Source: Erysipelotrichaceae bacterium
Lineage (GTDB): Bacteria; Bacillota_I; Bacilli_A; Erysipelotrichales; Erysipelotrichaceae
NCBI GenBank assembly: GCA_963663995.1
Contig: OY760660.1
Span: 750,001 to 782,000, forward strand
Length of the DNA: 32,000 nucleotides
Direction: 5' to 3'
Every line of letters starts with the position of its first letter. Positions within the stretch are counted from its first letter, which is position 1. Below, one piece after another: positions 1 to 8,320 of this stretch. A model generated the notes under the pieces. It did not search any database and was not told where the DNA came from. It saw nothing but the letters and a program-made list of their open reading frames with translations. The position numbers and the translations under genes were made by a program.

Positions 1-167
1 ATTAAAAGAATAATCGCAATCGTTGGCGCATCATAACCAAATTTTGCAGACAGGATTAAGGTCATCATTGGCCAGATAAAAGTGCCCATTGCTTGGACAA
101 TTCGGCCAATAAAAAGGATATAGATATCCCGTGATAATCCTTTGTACTGATCAAATATTTTTAACAT
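1..167 (-). CDS. MFS-type transporter, N-terminal fragment (gene continues past the window start)
   Basis: Reverse translation from ATG at 165-167 gives MLKIFDQYKGLSRDIYILFIGRIVQAMGTFIWPMMTLILSAKFGYDAPTIAIILL..., a hydrophobic TM1/TM2 typical of MFS N-termini. Truncated by the window edge. Confidence 0.45.
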   Translation of the reverse strand, partial: MLKIFDQYKGLSRDIYILFIGRIVQAMGTFIWPMMTLILSAKFGYDAPTIAIILL

Positions 168-170
168 ATT

Positions 171-674
171 TTAAATTCCTAATTGATTAAGTAATCCATA
201 AGAGAAAACTAACATAATACTTAAAGCCATTAATAAACCACAAAAAATCGCAAGCAATGCTTTAGAACGTTTAATCTGTAGCATTTCCGCCACTAAAGCA
301 CCTGTCCATGCACCGGTGATAGGAAGTGGAATCCCAACAAATAAGAGTAAACCGATAAATTCAGCGTTTTTAATACTCCCTGATTTATGTTCTGCTCTTT
401 CACGAAGTTTATGGACTAAAGAAACTAATATATTGTGTTTTTCCATAAAATCAAAGATTTTTTCAATAAAAAAAAGAATGAATGGAATCGGTAATAAATT
501 ACCTAAGACCGAAATAAGTGAAGTGGTCATTAAATCTAAACCTAAAGAATAACCAACCACAACCCCACCTCTTAATTCTAGAATTGGCATCATTGAGGTA
601 ACAAAGACAATGCCCTCTTTCGATAATAAATTGGAAAATAAGTGAATCACTGATTCAACTAAAGTATCAAACAT
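171..674 (-). CDS. Small multidrug-export family membrane protein (COG2426 / Sm_multidrug_ex-like)
   Basis: 167-aa polytopic protein. The PILELRGG...G motif and overall layout match my memory of the small multidrug export family. Overlaps the upstream gene by 8 nt. Confidence 0.55.
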   Translation of the reverse strand: MFDTLVESVIHLFSNLLSKEGIVFVTSMMPILELRGGVVVGYSLGLDLMTTSLISVLGNLLPIPFILFFIEKIFDFMEKHNILVSLVHKLRERAEHKSGSIKNAEFIGLLLFVGIPLPITGAWTGALVAEMLQIKRSKALLAIFCGLLMALSIMLVFSYGLLNQLGI

Positions 675-1158
675 AAGGAAGTTCCTCTTCTTCTAATTCA
701 ACATGTCGTAAATAAACAAAACCTAAGAAAGCAGCCAAGAAATTAGTCATCAAGTCATCGATATCAAACATCCCAGCTCTTAATAAAAACTGCGCAATTT
801 CGATGCCTAATAAAATTAAGAAAACAGTTCTTAAATATTTAATTGGATTTAAATATCGGCCCCAAATTCTAGGCATGAAATAACCTAACCACGAAAATAC
901 AAACATATGTGCAACAATATTTTCTAAAATTGCATTCAATCCTGTTGCCCGATTCATTGCCATTACATAGGAAAGAATGTTCTTAAAAGGAATAAAGTTG
1001 GTATAGTCTTCCATATTTGTAAATAAGTCACCTTTAATCATCCATGATAAATCGATATCACGTTTGTAGACAAACAAAAGATAGGCAACGCCTATGCAAT
1101 ACAGTCCAAAAAAGATTTTTAAAGTTGACCTTGAAAAGGTTGAATCCATATTTTCCAT
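667..1158 (-). CDS. VanZ-like family membrane protein
   Basis: 163 aa with 4-5 TM segments. NFIPF motif and C-terminal G.E..QF......FD.DD...N..G...G pattern typical of VanZ-like proteins. Confidence 0.6.
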   Translation of the reverse strand: MENMDSTFSRSTLKIFFGLYCIGVAYLLFVYKRDIDLSWMIKGDLFTNMEDYTNFIPFKNILSYVMAMNRATGLNAILENIVAHMFVFSWLGYFMPRIWGRYLNPIKYLRTVFLILLGIEIAQFLLRAGMFDIDDLMTNFLAAFLGFVYLRHVELEEEELPYV

Positions 1159-1173
1159 AATCTGCTCTTCAAA

Positions 1174-1833
1174 TTATACACAAGCAAGTGTTTCGAAACA
1201 ATCTTCTACCGAATCACTTGTATATGTTACTTTCATTTTCTTTAACTGCTCAAAATCTCGATATCCCCAAGCAATGGCCATGACATCCATCTTGGCCGCA
1301 TTAGCTGCTTGTATATCCACTTCTGTATCACCGATAAACAAACACGCAGATACATCTAGATTTAATACTTTGGCCGCATTCACCAACATATCAGCGGCTG
1401 GTTTTTTAGGTACTGATGCTTTCGCACCCGTTATATAATCAAATTTAATTTCATTAAAGTGATCACGAACAATCTCTTGCGTATATTCATCTTGTTTATT
1501 TGAGACAACCGCAAGTTTTAAACCTTTTTGTCTAAGTTCTTTTAAACCACTTATCATCCCAGCATAGGGGATAGAATCGATATTAAAACACTTGGCATAT
1601 GCTTTATGAAAATCATTTAATGCTTCTTTTAAAGTATCTCTATCACAACCTTTTAAAGACTCTTCAACAAGATACTGTATGCCATTCCCCATTAATACTT
1701 GGGTTTGGTCTTGATTAGATTTTTCGTATCCATATTTCTCTTGAACTATATTTAAGGCTTTTTGTAAATCAGCTGATGTATCCATTAAGGTTCCATCTAA
1801 ATCAAATAATATGGCTTCATAGGCTTTTATCAT
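1174..1833 (-). CDS. HAD-IA family phosphatase (phosphoglycolate phosphatase / PpaX-like)
   Basis: Motif I FDLDGTLMDT, motif II VVSNK, motif III/IV K...GDTEVDIQAA. 219 aa. Confidence 0.8.
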   Translation of the reverse strand: MIKAYEAILFDLDGTLMDTSADLQKALNIVQEKYGYEKSNQDQTQVLMGNGIQYLVEESLKGCDRDTLKEALNDFHKAYAKCFNIDSIPYAGMISGLKELRQKGLKLAVVSNKQDEYTQEIVRDHFNEIKFDYITGAKASVPKKPAADMLVNAAKVLNLDVSACLFIGDTEVDIQAANAAKMDVMAIAWGYRDFEQLKKMKVTYTSDSVEDCFETLACV

Positions 1834-1839
1834 GGTATT

Positions 1840-1868
1840 AGTTTACCATGCTTAACCTATGTTAAACT
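1840..1868. promoter_or_regulatory. Back-to-back divergent extended -10 promoters (TGgTAAACT on minus, TGtTAAACT on plus)
   Basis: Minus strand reads TGG-TAAACT-aatacc-ATG(1833). Plus strand reads TGT-TAAACT-tgaaat-ATG(1875). The two -10 boxes are 17 nt apart and neither gene has an SD. Confidence 0.5.
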
Positions 1869-1874
1869 TGAAAT

Positions 1875-2678
1875 ATGGAAAAAATAAAACTCGCAATATT
1901 TGATATTGATGGCACATTACTGAAGTGGGGTTCTGACAAAATTGAAGAATCTACTGTTCAGGCAATCCATAAATTAAAAGAAAAAGGAATTGAAGTCTTA
2001 GTTGCTACTGGACGTGCTTTTTATTTTATAAAACCGCATGTTCGTGAAGTCTTAGATTGTGATTATTATGTAACGATTAATGGAGGCTGTTTACTCAATC
2101 ACAAAGGTGAAATTCTTAAAGAACATCCCATCGCTGATGATGATGTAAAATTTGTCGCTAAATTAGTGGATGAATATAATGCCTCGATGGCCTTAAAAAC
2201 CTCTAAAGAAATGATTGTCTATCGTAATTATGAACATTTCTCAAAATTCTATGGAGAAAATTTTGGTTCAAATTCGCTCTACATCGATGATAGTGAAAAA
2301 AGAAATTACCATAACGAAGTAGAAAGTGCAAAAGGCATCTTTGTATACAGTGATTATCAAAGTGAATTAGTTTTGAAGTTAAGTGAAAATCCAAACATCA
2401 TTGTTCATGCGGTTGGTGAATATGGAATTGATGTTTTCTCTAAAGAAAGTGATAAAATCCATGGGATTGATGAAGTCATTCAAATGGCAAATATCACGTG
2501 GAATAACACCATTGCATTTGGTGATGAAAACAATGATTTAGGGATGATAAAAAAAGCCCAAATCGGCGTAGCGATGGGCAATGGTAGTCAAGATATGAAA
2601 GCTGCTGCCGATTATGTCAGTGCAAATGTAGATGAAGGTGGCATTGCTCAAGCTTTAAAACATTTTAATCTTATTTAA
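1875..2678 (+). CDS. Cof-type HAD-IIB sugar phosphatase
   Basis: FDIDGTLL motif I, large cap insertion, C-terminal FGDENNDLGM...GVAMGNG motif. 267 aa. Confidence 0.85.
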   Translation: MEKIKLAIFDIDGTLLKWGSDKIEESTVQAIHKLKEKGIEVLVATGRAFYFIKPHVREVLDCDYYVTINGGCLLNHKGEILKEHPIADDDVKFVAKLVDEYNASMALKTSKEMIVYRNYEHFSKFYGENFGSNSLYIDDSEKRNYHNEVESAKGIFVYSDYQSELVLKLSENPNIIVHAVGEYGIDVFSKESDKIHGIDEVIQMANITWNNTIAFGDENNDLGMIKKAQIGVAMGNGSQDMKAAADYVSANVDEGGIAQALKHFNLI

Positions 2679-3976
2679 TTTTTCTTTAAGACCACGACTG
2701 TTTCAAGTAATGGTGTTTGTGAAAAGAAATCAAATGGCTGTATCGATTCAATTCGATAGAGCTTTTTTAAATCCTTCAAGTTTTTCGCTAAAGTACTAGG
2801 GTTACAAGAAATATAAATAACTTTCTTTGCAGGATTTTTAAGTAAAACTTGAATCATTGAATCATCTAGTCCAGAACGTGGTGGATCTAACACAAGCACT
2901 TTATCTTTTAGTTTAATCTTCTTTAGTTCAAATGCTGCATCGTTATCAGCAAATTTTGCATTTTTAATTTCGTTAAGTTTTGTATTACGATTAGCCGCAA
3001 AGATAGAATCTTTACTGAGTTCAACGCCAAAGACAGACGCACATTTTTTCGCAATCATTAAACTTAGTGCACCCACACCACAATAAACATCAATGACATC
3101 ATCTTTTTCATCGATTTGATCAACAACATATTCAAAAAGTTTTTGAGCTTGTGGAGGATTAAGTTGGAAAAAGGCATTTGGTAAAAGTTCTAAAACTAAA
3201 CCAGCATAATTAAAACGTAATGTTTTAAAGCCTGCTTTATGTTCCATGATCTTCCCAAACGTTTCAATACTTTTCTTTGACGCATTGATAGAATGATACA
3301 CTGAACTAATGCCTTCGATTTCATTAATTTGATCAAAGATTTTTTGTGGAATTGGATCCTTACCAGTCACCAAAGTGACTTGTGTTGAACCTTCAAAATG
3401 ACGCATGACTAACGTTCTTAAGCCTGAAGAAACAGGCGGATTAAAAATATCACAACGACTTTTATTTAAAACTTTTAAAATTTCTTTTCTTTGTTTTTCT
3501 AAAATGGGTTCATGAATGATACAGGTATCGATACTGACAATATGATTTGTTCCACTCTTATATAAACCATTTTCCAAACTACGACGTTTTTCAAAAGGCA
3601 TTTTTATCGCATTACGATAACCTAATGGATTTGGATTAACAATAATATCTTTAAGAAGGTTAAAGTCAAAACGACCATTATATTTTAATAAACTTTGTTT
3701 AAGATTCTCACGTTTTAGGAAAATTTGATGTTTATAATCAGCAATCATTAAAGGACAGCCACCACATTGTGCTTGTACTTTACATTTTGGATGTATTCGA
3801 TATTTAGAAGCTTTTGAAATGCTTTTTAATTCAGCAATTCCATAGCGTCCTTTATCTTCAATTTTTTCTACTTCAACTTCTTCAGTGGGCAAGGTTGCAG
3901 ATATAAAAATCGGTTTTTGTTTCCAATAACCGATTCCTTCACCATTAATGCCAGATTTTTCGATTTTGATTTTCAT
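2675..3976 (-). CDS. RumA/TrmA-family RNA (uracil-C5)-methyltransferase with TRAM domain and Fe-S cysteines
   Basis: N-terminal TRAM-like beta domain, cysteine cluster C....CGGCPL, SAM fold DVYCGVG, FFQLN and DPPRSG motifs. 433 aa. Confidence 0.85.
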   Translation of the reverse strand: MKIKIEKSGINGEGIGYWKQKPIFISATLPTEEVEVEKIEDKGRYGIAELKSISKASKYRIHPKCKVQAQCGGCPLMIADYKHQIFLKRENLKQSLLKYNGRFDFNLLKDIIVNPNPLGYRNAIKMPFEKRRSLENGLYKSGTNHIVSIDTCIIHEPILEKQRKEILKVLNKSRCDIFNPPVSSGLRTLVMRHFEGSTQVTLVTGKDPIPQKIFDQINEIEGISSVYHSINASKKSIETFGKIMEHKAGFKTLRFNYAGLVLELLPNAFFQLNPPQAQKLFEYVVDQIDEKDDVIDVYCGVGALSLMIAKKCASVFGVELSKDSIFAANRNTKLNEIKNAKFADNDAAFELKKIKLKDKVLVLDPPRSGLDDSMIQVLLKNPAKKVIYISCNPSTLAKNLKDLKKLYRIESIQPFDFFSQTPLLETVVVLKKN

Positions 3977-3977
3977 A

Positions 3978-4367
3978 TTAGTCCGTTAGTGCCCATGCAG
4001 GGACTTCGTTTGAACGACGTATTAAAACAGCTTTTTGAAAGTCTGTTTGATTTACAAAGCGGAGGATGTTTTCTTCTTCTTCAGCACTACAGCCAACTAA
4101 GAATTTAACTTCTACATCTTTATTTAAAATATCAGCCGCAATTAAAACAGCGTTCACTTGATGAGATGTGATTGAACCTTTATACATCGCAATACCTTGT
4201 TGATCCGGAGACAATGTATCTTGTAAAGTTCCATAATTTACCGGATAGATTAAATTCATAAAATCTGGATGGGCAGTTCCAGATGCTTGTTTAAGTTCGA
4301 AAGTAGATGCGAGTAATAATGTATCTAATTTTTGCCAAAAGAAAGCATTATTTTCAATTGTGTTCAT
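3978..4367 (-). CDS. Conserved hypothetical protein (possibly a short inorganic-pyrophosphatase-like fold)
   Basis: 129 aa. The HPDF..LIYPVNYG......D segment resembles small proteins I recall being annotated as inorganic pyrophosphatase in Firmicutes. SD GAGAGG is present. Function is uncertain. Confidence 0.35.
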   Translation of the reverse strand: MNTIENNAFFWQKLDTLLLASTFELKQASGTAHPDFMNLIYPVNYGTLQDTLSPDQQGIAMYKGSITSHQVNAVLIAADILNKDVEVKFLVGCSAEEEENILRFVNQTDFQKAVLIRRSNEVPAWALTD

Positions 4368-4394
4368 AGTTGACCTCTCACTAGTGTATCTAAC

Positions 4395-4423
4395 ATTGTA
4401 AGTGATGTAAGATTTAATGTAAA
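4395..4423 (-). promoter_or_regulatory. Sigma-A type promoter, TTTACA-17 nt-TACAAT
   Basis: Minus strand reads TTTACA (4418-4423), a 17-nt spacer, then TACAAT (4395-4400). The SD GAGAGG and the ATG at 4367 follow. Confidence 0.55.
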
Positions 4424-4428
4424 GAATT

Positions 4429-4986
4429 TCATAATCGTCGTTTTCTTAAACCTAAAAGATTGATCCAAGCATTCAAATCATATTCTTCTGCATCAATCAT
4501 TGAATGGATCGCAATCATCGCACTTCCCTTTGCATCTGAGAGTGCTTCATGATGATTTAATTGCACACCTAAGAAATCACAGACAGTGTTTAATTTATGA
4601 TTTTGTAACATTGGATAACATTTTCTTGCGACTTCTAAAGAATCAATATAGCTTATAGGTGGCTTTTTTAAACCATAGGTTTCAATTAATCGATTTAATA
4701 CAGTCATATCAAAATGTGCATTATGAGCCATTAAAATAGAACCTTCAAAAAAATCTAATAATGTTGTATAGATTTGAGCGAAGGTAGGTGCATCTTTGAC
4801 CATAAGCGGTGTAATTTGATGAATGCTGATATTAAAGGGATCAAAGCGATCATAAGCAGGATGGGGTTGAATAAGTGAGACCCATTCATCCGTAATCACT
4901 CCATCTTCCAACACTAAAACACCCAAACTACAAGCAGAAGCCATATTTGAGTTAGCTGTTTCAAAATCCAGAACACATAGTTTCAT
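4429..4986 (-). CDS. DEDDh 3'-5' exonuclease (DnaQ / Pol III epsilon-like, stand-alone)
   Basis: Exo I LDFETAN, Exo II AHNAHFD, Exo III HHEALSDA. 185 aa. Confidence 0.8.
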   Translation of the reverse strand: MKLCVLDFETANSNMASACSLGVLVLEDGVITDEWVSLIQPHPAYDRFDPFNISIHQITPLMVKDAPTFAQIYTTLLDFFEGSILMAHNAHFDMTVLNRLIETYGLKKPPISYIDSLEVARKCYPMLQNHKLNTVCDFLGVQLNHHEALSDAKGSAMIAIHSMIDAEEYDLNAWINLLGLRKRRL

Positions 4987-4995
4987 AGTTTTAGT

Positions 4996-6244
4996 TTAAC
5001 TTTTTTTTAAAACATTCACATCTTTTATAATCCAAGCTAAGAAAATAAGGTAGTAAGGAGTGGTATAAATCATCGTATTTCCAAAAAGTGACGAAATGAA
5101 ATAAGTGAGAGAAATGAAAAAGATTAACAGACTTTCAAGCGATAATCGTTTGATATTTTGAATGAATTTAAAAAATGTTGAAATGAGTGCTGATAGATAA
5201 AACACTAAAGATGCTAAACCTGCACTAGCGGCAAATTGTATTAACTCATTGTGTGGTCGATCTATCGTAATGTTTACTAAGGCATAGCGAACACCTAAGT
5301 TATCTAAACCATATCCAAAAAGTGGTCTTTGTTTAATAAACTCAAGTCCATTTACCCATAATGGCCATCTAGCTGAACCCGCAAAACCAATATCTTCACT
5401 ATCACTTAGAATATTTGCGATATCATTTCCTAATCTAAAGAAATCAGCTAGAAGATAATTTGTCGAAAGATTGGTAATCACAACAGTTAAAACAAATGTT
5501 GATACGATAGTCCACTGTTTCTTTGTGTGACTCTATTTAAAATCTTTAAAAGTATTAAACTGATACTTAAACTAATAATAAGGGCTAAAAAAGGTCCAAA
5601 AGAAGTATTAAATGATAAACCAGAAACAAGTATAGAAAAAACAAGGAGATAACGTTTTTGATAACTTAGGATATATAAACTTATGCGGCCATACAGGCTA
5701 AAGCTAAATAATAAGCAAAATGATTCTGATTAAAGAAGACAGATGTTTTTGAACTTATATTTAAAACAGCATATAAACTTTCATGATTGATAAAACTTAA
5801 AATCACTAAAAAAGATGCGACATATACAAAAAGTTTTAATAAAAAATACCGCTGTTTAGAATCATTGATATGATAGGCCAATGTAAATAGACCAACATAC
5901 ATGAAATAGGCATAGAGACCTTCTTGACGATGTGTTGTCCCAATAAAGGTAAATGATTTATCACCATTCATAAACCACGACAGAATTAACCAAAAAACAA
6001 AAGCAATCAATGCGATTATTTCGAACGATAAAGCTTTTTTCATTCTTTTTTGATAGAGATTAATCATACCTCTCACCAACAATAAACCAAGTCCTAAAAC
6101 TCCCACTTGAACTAAAATGGTTTGCCAAAGGGATATACGATGTAGATTATTTAAGAGTAGCGTAAAAGGATCATTATTTACCATTTCTAAAATATTAAAT
6201 AACACAATGATCGGACTGATTATCCAATATGCACAAACAAACAT
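4996..6244 (-). pseudogene. O-antigen ligase / polymerase (Wzy_C) family gene split across three reading frames
   Basis: ORF 5681-6244 encodes the polytopic N-terminal part. ORF 4996-5481 contains the Wzy_C-like core (GYGLDN...RPHNELIQFAASAGL). The 200-bp gap has a third open frame (about 5490-5728) encoding more TM segments (YLLVFSILVSGLSFNTSFGPFLALIISLSISLILL). The summed length of about 410 aa fits an intact family member. Confidence 0.55.
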
Positions 6245-6460
6245 AGCAAATAGAGAAAAAACCTTCGGATCTAAAAATTGAATTAATTCAGTTATTGTTC
6301 CTATCTTTTGAATTTTAGCTCAAAATTTTCTCATATCCCTATTGTACCTAATATCTTAAGCATTTGACTTACTACCTTTGGACTATTTATTTTTCTTGAT
6401 CTATCCTCAACAATAAAAGTATGAAAAAGCGCGTTGCTTGTAGATAAGCAGTGAGTTCAT

Positions 6461-6466
6461 TAAACT
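6461..6466 (+). promoter_or_regulatory. Candidate -10 box TAAACT for mscL
   Basis: TAAACT lies 24 nt upstream of the mscL ATG and is followed by SD AAGGAGAG. The same hexamer serves as the putative -10 at several other genes in this window. Confidence 0.35.
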
Positions 6467-6489
6467 AGAGTATAAGGAGAGATAAGTAT

Positions 6490-6891
6490 ATGAAATCTTT
6501 TATCAATGAATTTAAATCTTTTATCCATCGAGGAAATGTGATTGACTTAGCAGTGGCGGTTATTTTAGGGGGAGCATTTAATAAAATTGTTTCTTCCTTT
6601 GTAAATGATGTATTAATGCCTTTTATATCCATTTTATTAGGTGGTTTTAGTTTTACCAACTTAACTTATGTAATTAAAGAAGCGACAATGACTGAAGAAG
6701 CAGTTTTATTAAACTATGGTTTATTCATTCAAAACATTGTTGATTTTATAATTATTGCTTTATCAATCTTCTTCGTTATTAAAACGTTTAGCGCTTTTGA
6801 ACGTAAACAAGAAGTTATCGAAGAAAAAGCACCAACAGAAACTGAACTGTCAGTGCTCAAAGAAATTAAAGCTTTACTAGAAAAAAACTAA
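6490..6891 (+). CDS. mscL: Large-conductance mechanosensitive channel MscL
   Basis: N-terminus FKSFIHRGNVIDLAVAVILGGAFNKIVSSFVNDVLMP is the canonical MscL TM1 signature. 133 aa with a strong SD. Confidence 0.9.
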   Translation: MKSFINEFKSFIHRGNVIDLAVAVILGGAFNKIVSSFVNDVLMPFISILLGGFSFTNLTYVIKEATMTEEAVLLNYGLFIQNIVDFIIIALSIFFVIKTFSAFERKQEVIEEKAPTETELSVLKEIKALLEKN

Positions 6892-8072
6892 GAAAAATTA
6901 AACATTAACCATTCAGGTCTAAAGACCATAAGAATAGCAATAAAGACCATCAATATTCCACCGACTAAATGTGCTGTGCGCGCATACTTTGTTGACATAC
7001 CCGTTAATTCTGATGTTTTCATCGCAACTGCAAAGATTAAGACATCATCAAGAATAAAGAAGAAAATGTAAATCAACATATAGATGGATGTTTCAAAGAA
7101 ACTCAAGTTATTTAAACTTAAAACTTGGGTAAAGAGTACTGGTAAACCAGCAGAACATATCATTTCAACTAAGTTAATCGAGATGGCTAAAACGATAACA
7201 CCGAAAGTCGCAAGCGCGAAGACAGGTTCTTTAGCGATTTGTTTTAAACGTGCACTTACCTTTTTACGTTGTTTATCATCCATCACTTCACAACCAGGTT
7301 TGGTCGTTAAATAGCGATGTATGTTATAAACACCACCGACAAGGGCAATGGCTGCAATGACTAAACGAATCCAACCAAGGGTTCCAAATAAGATGGTGAT
7401 ATTTAACCAAGAAACCATAAAGAAGAGATACATAATGGCTGTGGTGGCTAAGAAGACTGATCCTAAGAACCAACGTTTCCATCTTTCTTCCAAGTGGAAT
7501 AACATTGAGATTAATAGAAGTAAAACCCACATTGCACAGGGATTAAAGCCATCCAATGCACCAATTACGATTGCTAAGATAGGTAAAGAAATACTTTTAG
7601 CTTCAACTTTACCAAAAAATGGTAGAGTCACTTCACTTCGATCTTCAACTGATATATCACTGTTATCAACGATGCCTAAAACTTCTCCAATAACATCTTT
7701 AATTACATGTGTTTTCGCATATTCTATTTCATCTAAAATTGCTTGATCTGTGACACCTTGCATGAAATCAACAATAACTTGTTGACCAATAACTAATGTA
7801 GGCGTTGATTTGATTTCAACGGGTAGAAGTTGCGAAACTTCTTTCATGAAATCCTGATTTTCTTTGTTGTATAAAATTTCATAATCATGTAAAACAAGTG
7901 ACGGGTCATTTTCCATAATCGACTCTAAAAACACTGTTTCAGCTGCACAAGTCGTACAACCTTCTGAGTGGAAATAATATAAATGAACTTCTTTTTCAGT
8001 CGCATTAACCCCTAAAACTAGTGATAGTGCAAAGACTAAAGAAAGAAATATGAAACTAAGTTTTTGACGCAT
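6888..8072 (-). CDS. Exported thioredoxin/glutaredoxin-fold domain fused to a DsbD/CcdA-like polytopic membrane domain
   Basis: Sec signal peptide (…LVLGVNA/TEKE), then a Trx-like domain with CTTC (CxxC). The following multi-TM region has GFNPCAMW in its first helix and EMICSAGLP later, similar to DsbD_2/CcdA electron-transfer cysteines. 394 aa. Confidence 0.55.
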   Translation of the reverse strand: MRQKLSFIFLSLVFALSLVLGVNATEKEVHLYYFHSEGCTTCAAETVFLESIMENDPSLVLHDYEILYNKENQDFMKEVSQLLPVEIKSTPTLVIGQQVIVDFMQGVTDQAILDEIEYAKTHVIKDVIGEVLGIVDNSDISVEDRSEVTLPFFGKVEAKSISLPILAIVIGALDGFNPCAMWVLLLLISMLFHLEERWKRWFLGSVFLATTAIMYLFFMVSWLNITILFGTLGWIRLVIAAIALVGGVYNIHRYLTTKPGCEVMDDKQRKKVSARLKQIAKEPVFALATFGVIVLAISINLVEMICSAGLPVLFTQVLSLNNLSFFETSIYMLIYIFFFILDDVLIFAVAMKTSELTGMSTKYARTAHLVGGILMVFIAILMVFRPEWLMFNFS

Positions 8073-8319
8073 CTAAGAGTCCTCTCTCTAATTGCGCTAG
8101 TGTACATTCACCTTCTATTCGCAAAAGTTCTTGACCATCTCTTTCAAAAATAATGATTGGAAGAACTTTTTGTACTGAATAGTTTTCAACTTCATCATCA
8201 AGATCTAAATCATAAAATTTAAACTCATATTCAGGATGAGCTGACGCAAATGCTTTAAATGTCTTTTTCATAAACAAACAAGCATTACACCATAGCGCAC
8301 TTATTATAATAACTGACAT
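8056..8319 (-). CDS. Small cytoplasmic thioredoxin-like protein (WCNAC active site)
   Basis: 87 aa. WCNAC sits at the position of the WCGPC motif and a cis-Pro-like LPIIIF segment follows. Overlaps the downstream membrane gene by 17 nt. Confidence 0.65.
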   Translation of the reverse strand: MSVIIISALWCNACLFMKKTFKAFASAHPEYEFKFYDLDLDDEVENYSVQKVLPIIIFERDGQELLRIEGECTLAQLERGLLDASKT

Positions 8320-8320
8320 C

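Noticed and set aside
6279-6290. Perfect 12-nt palindrome TGAATTAATTCA upstream of the disrupted O-antigen-ligase gene.
   Set aside because: It is short and AT-rich, with no second copy or associated regulator in the window. It cannot be distinguished from chance.
6421-6447. An 8-codon upstream ORF (MKKRVACR) in the 245-bp region before mscL.
   Set aside because: It has no SD, no conserved leader-peptide logic and no terminator/antiterminator alternative that I could draw.
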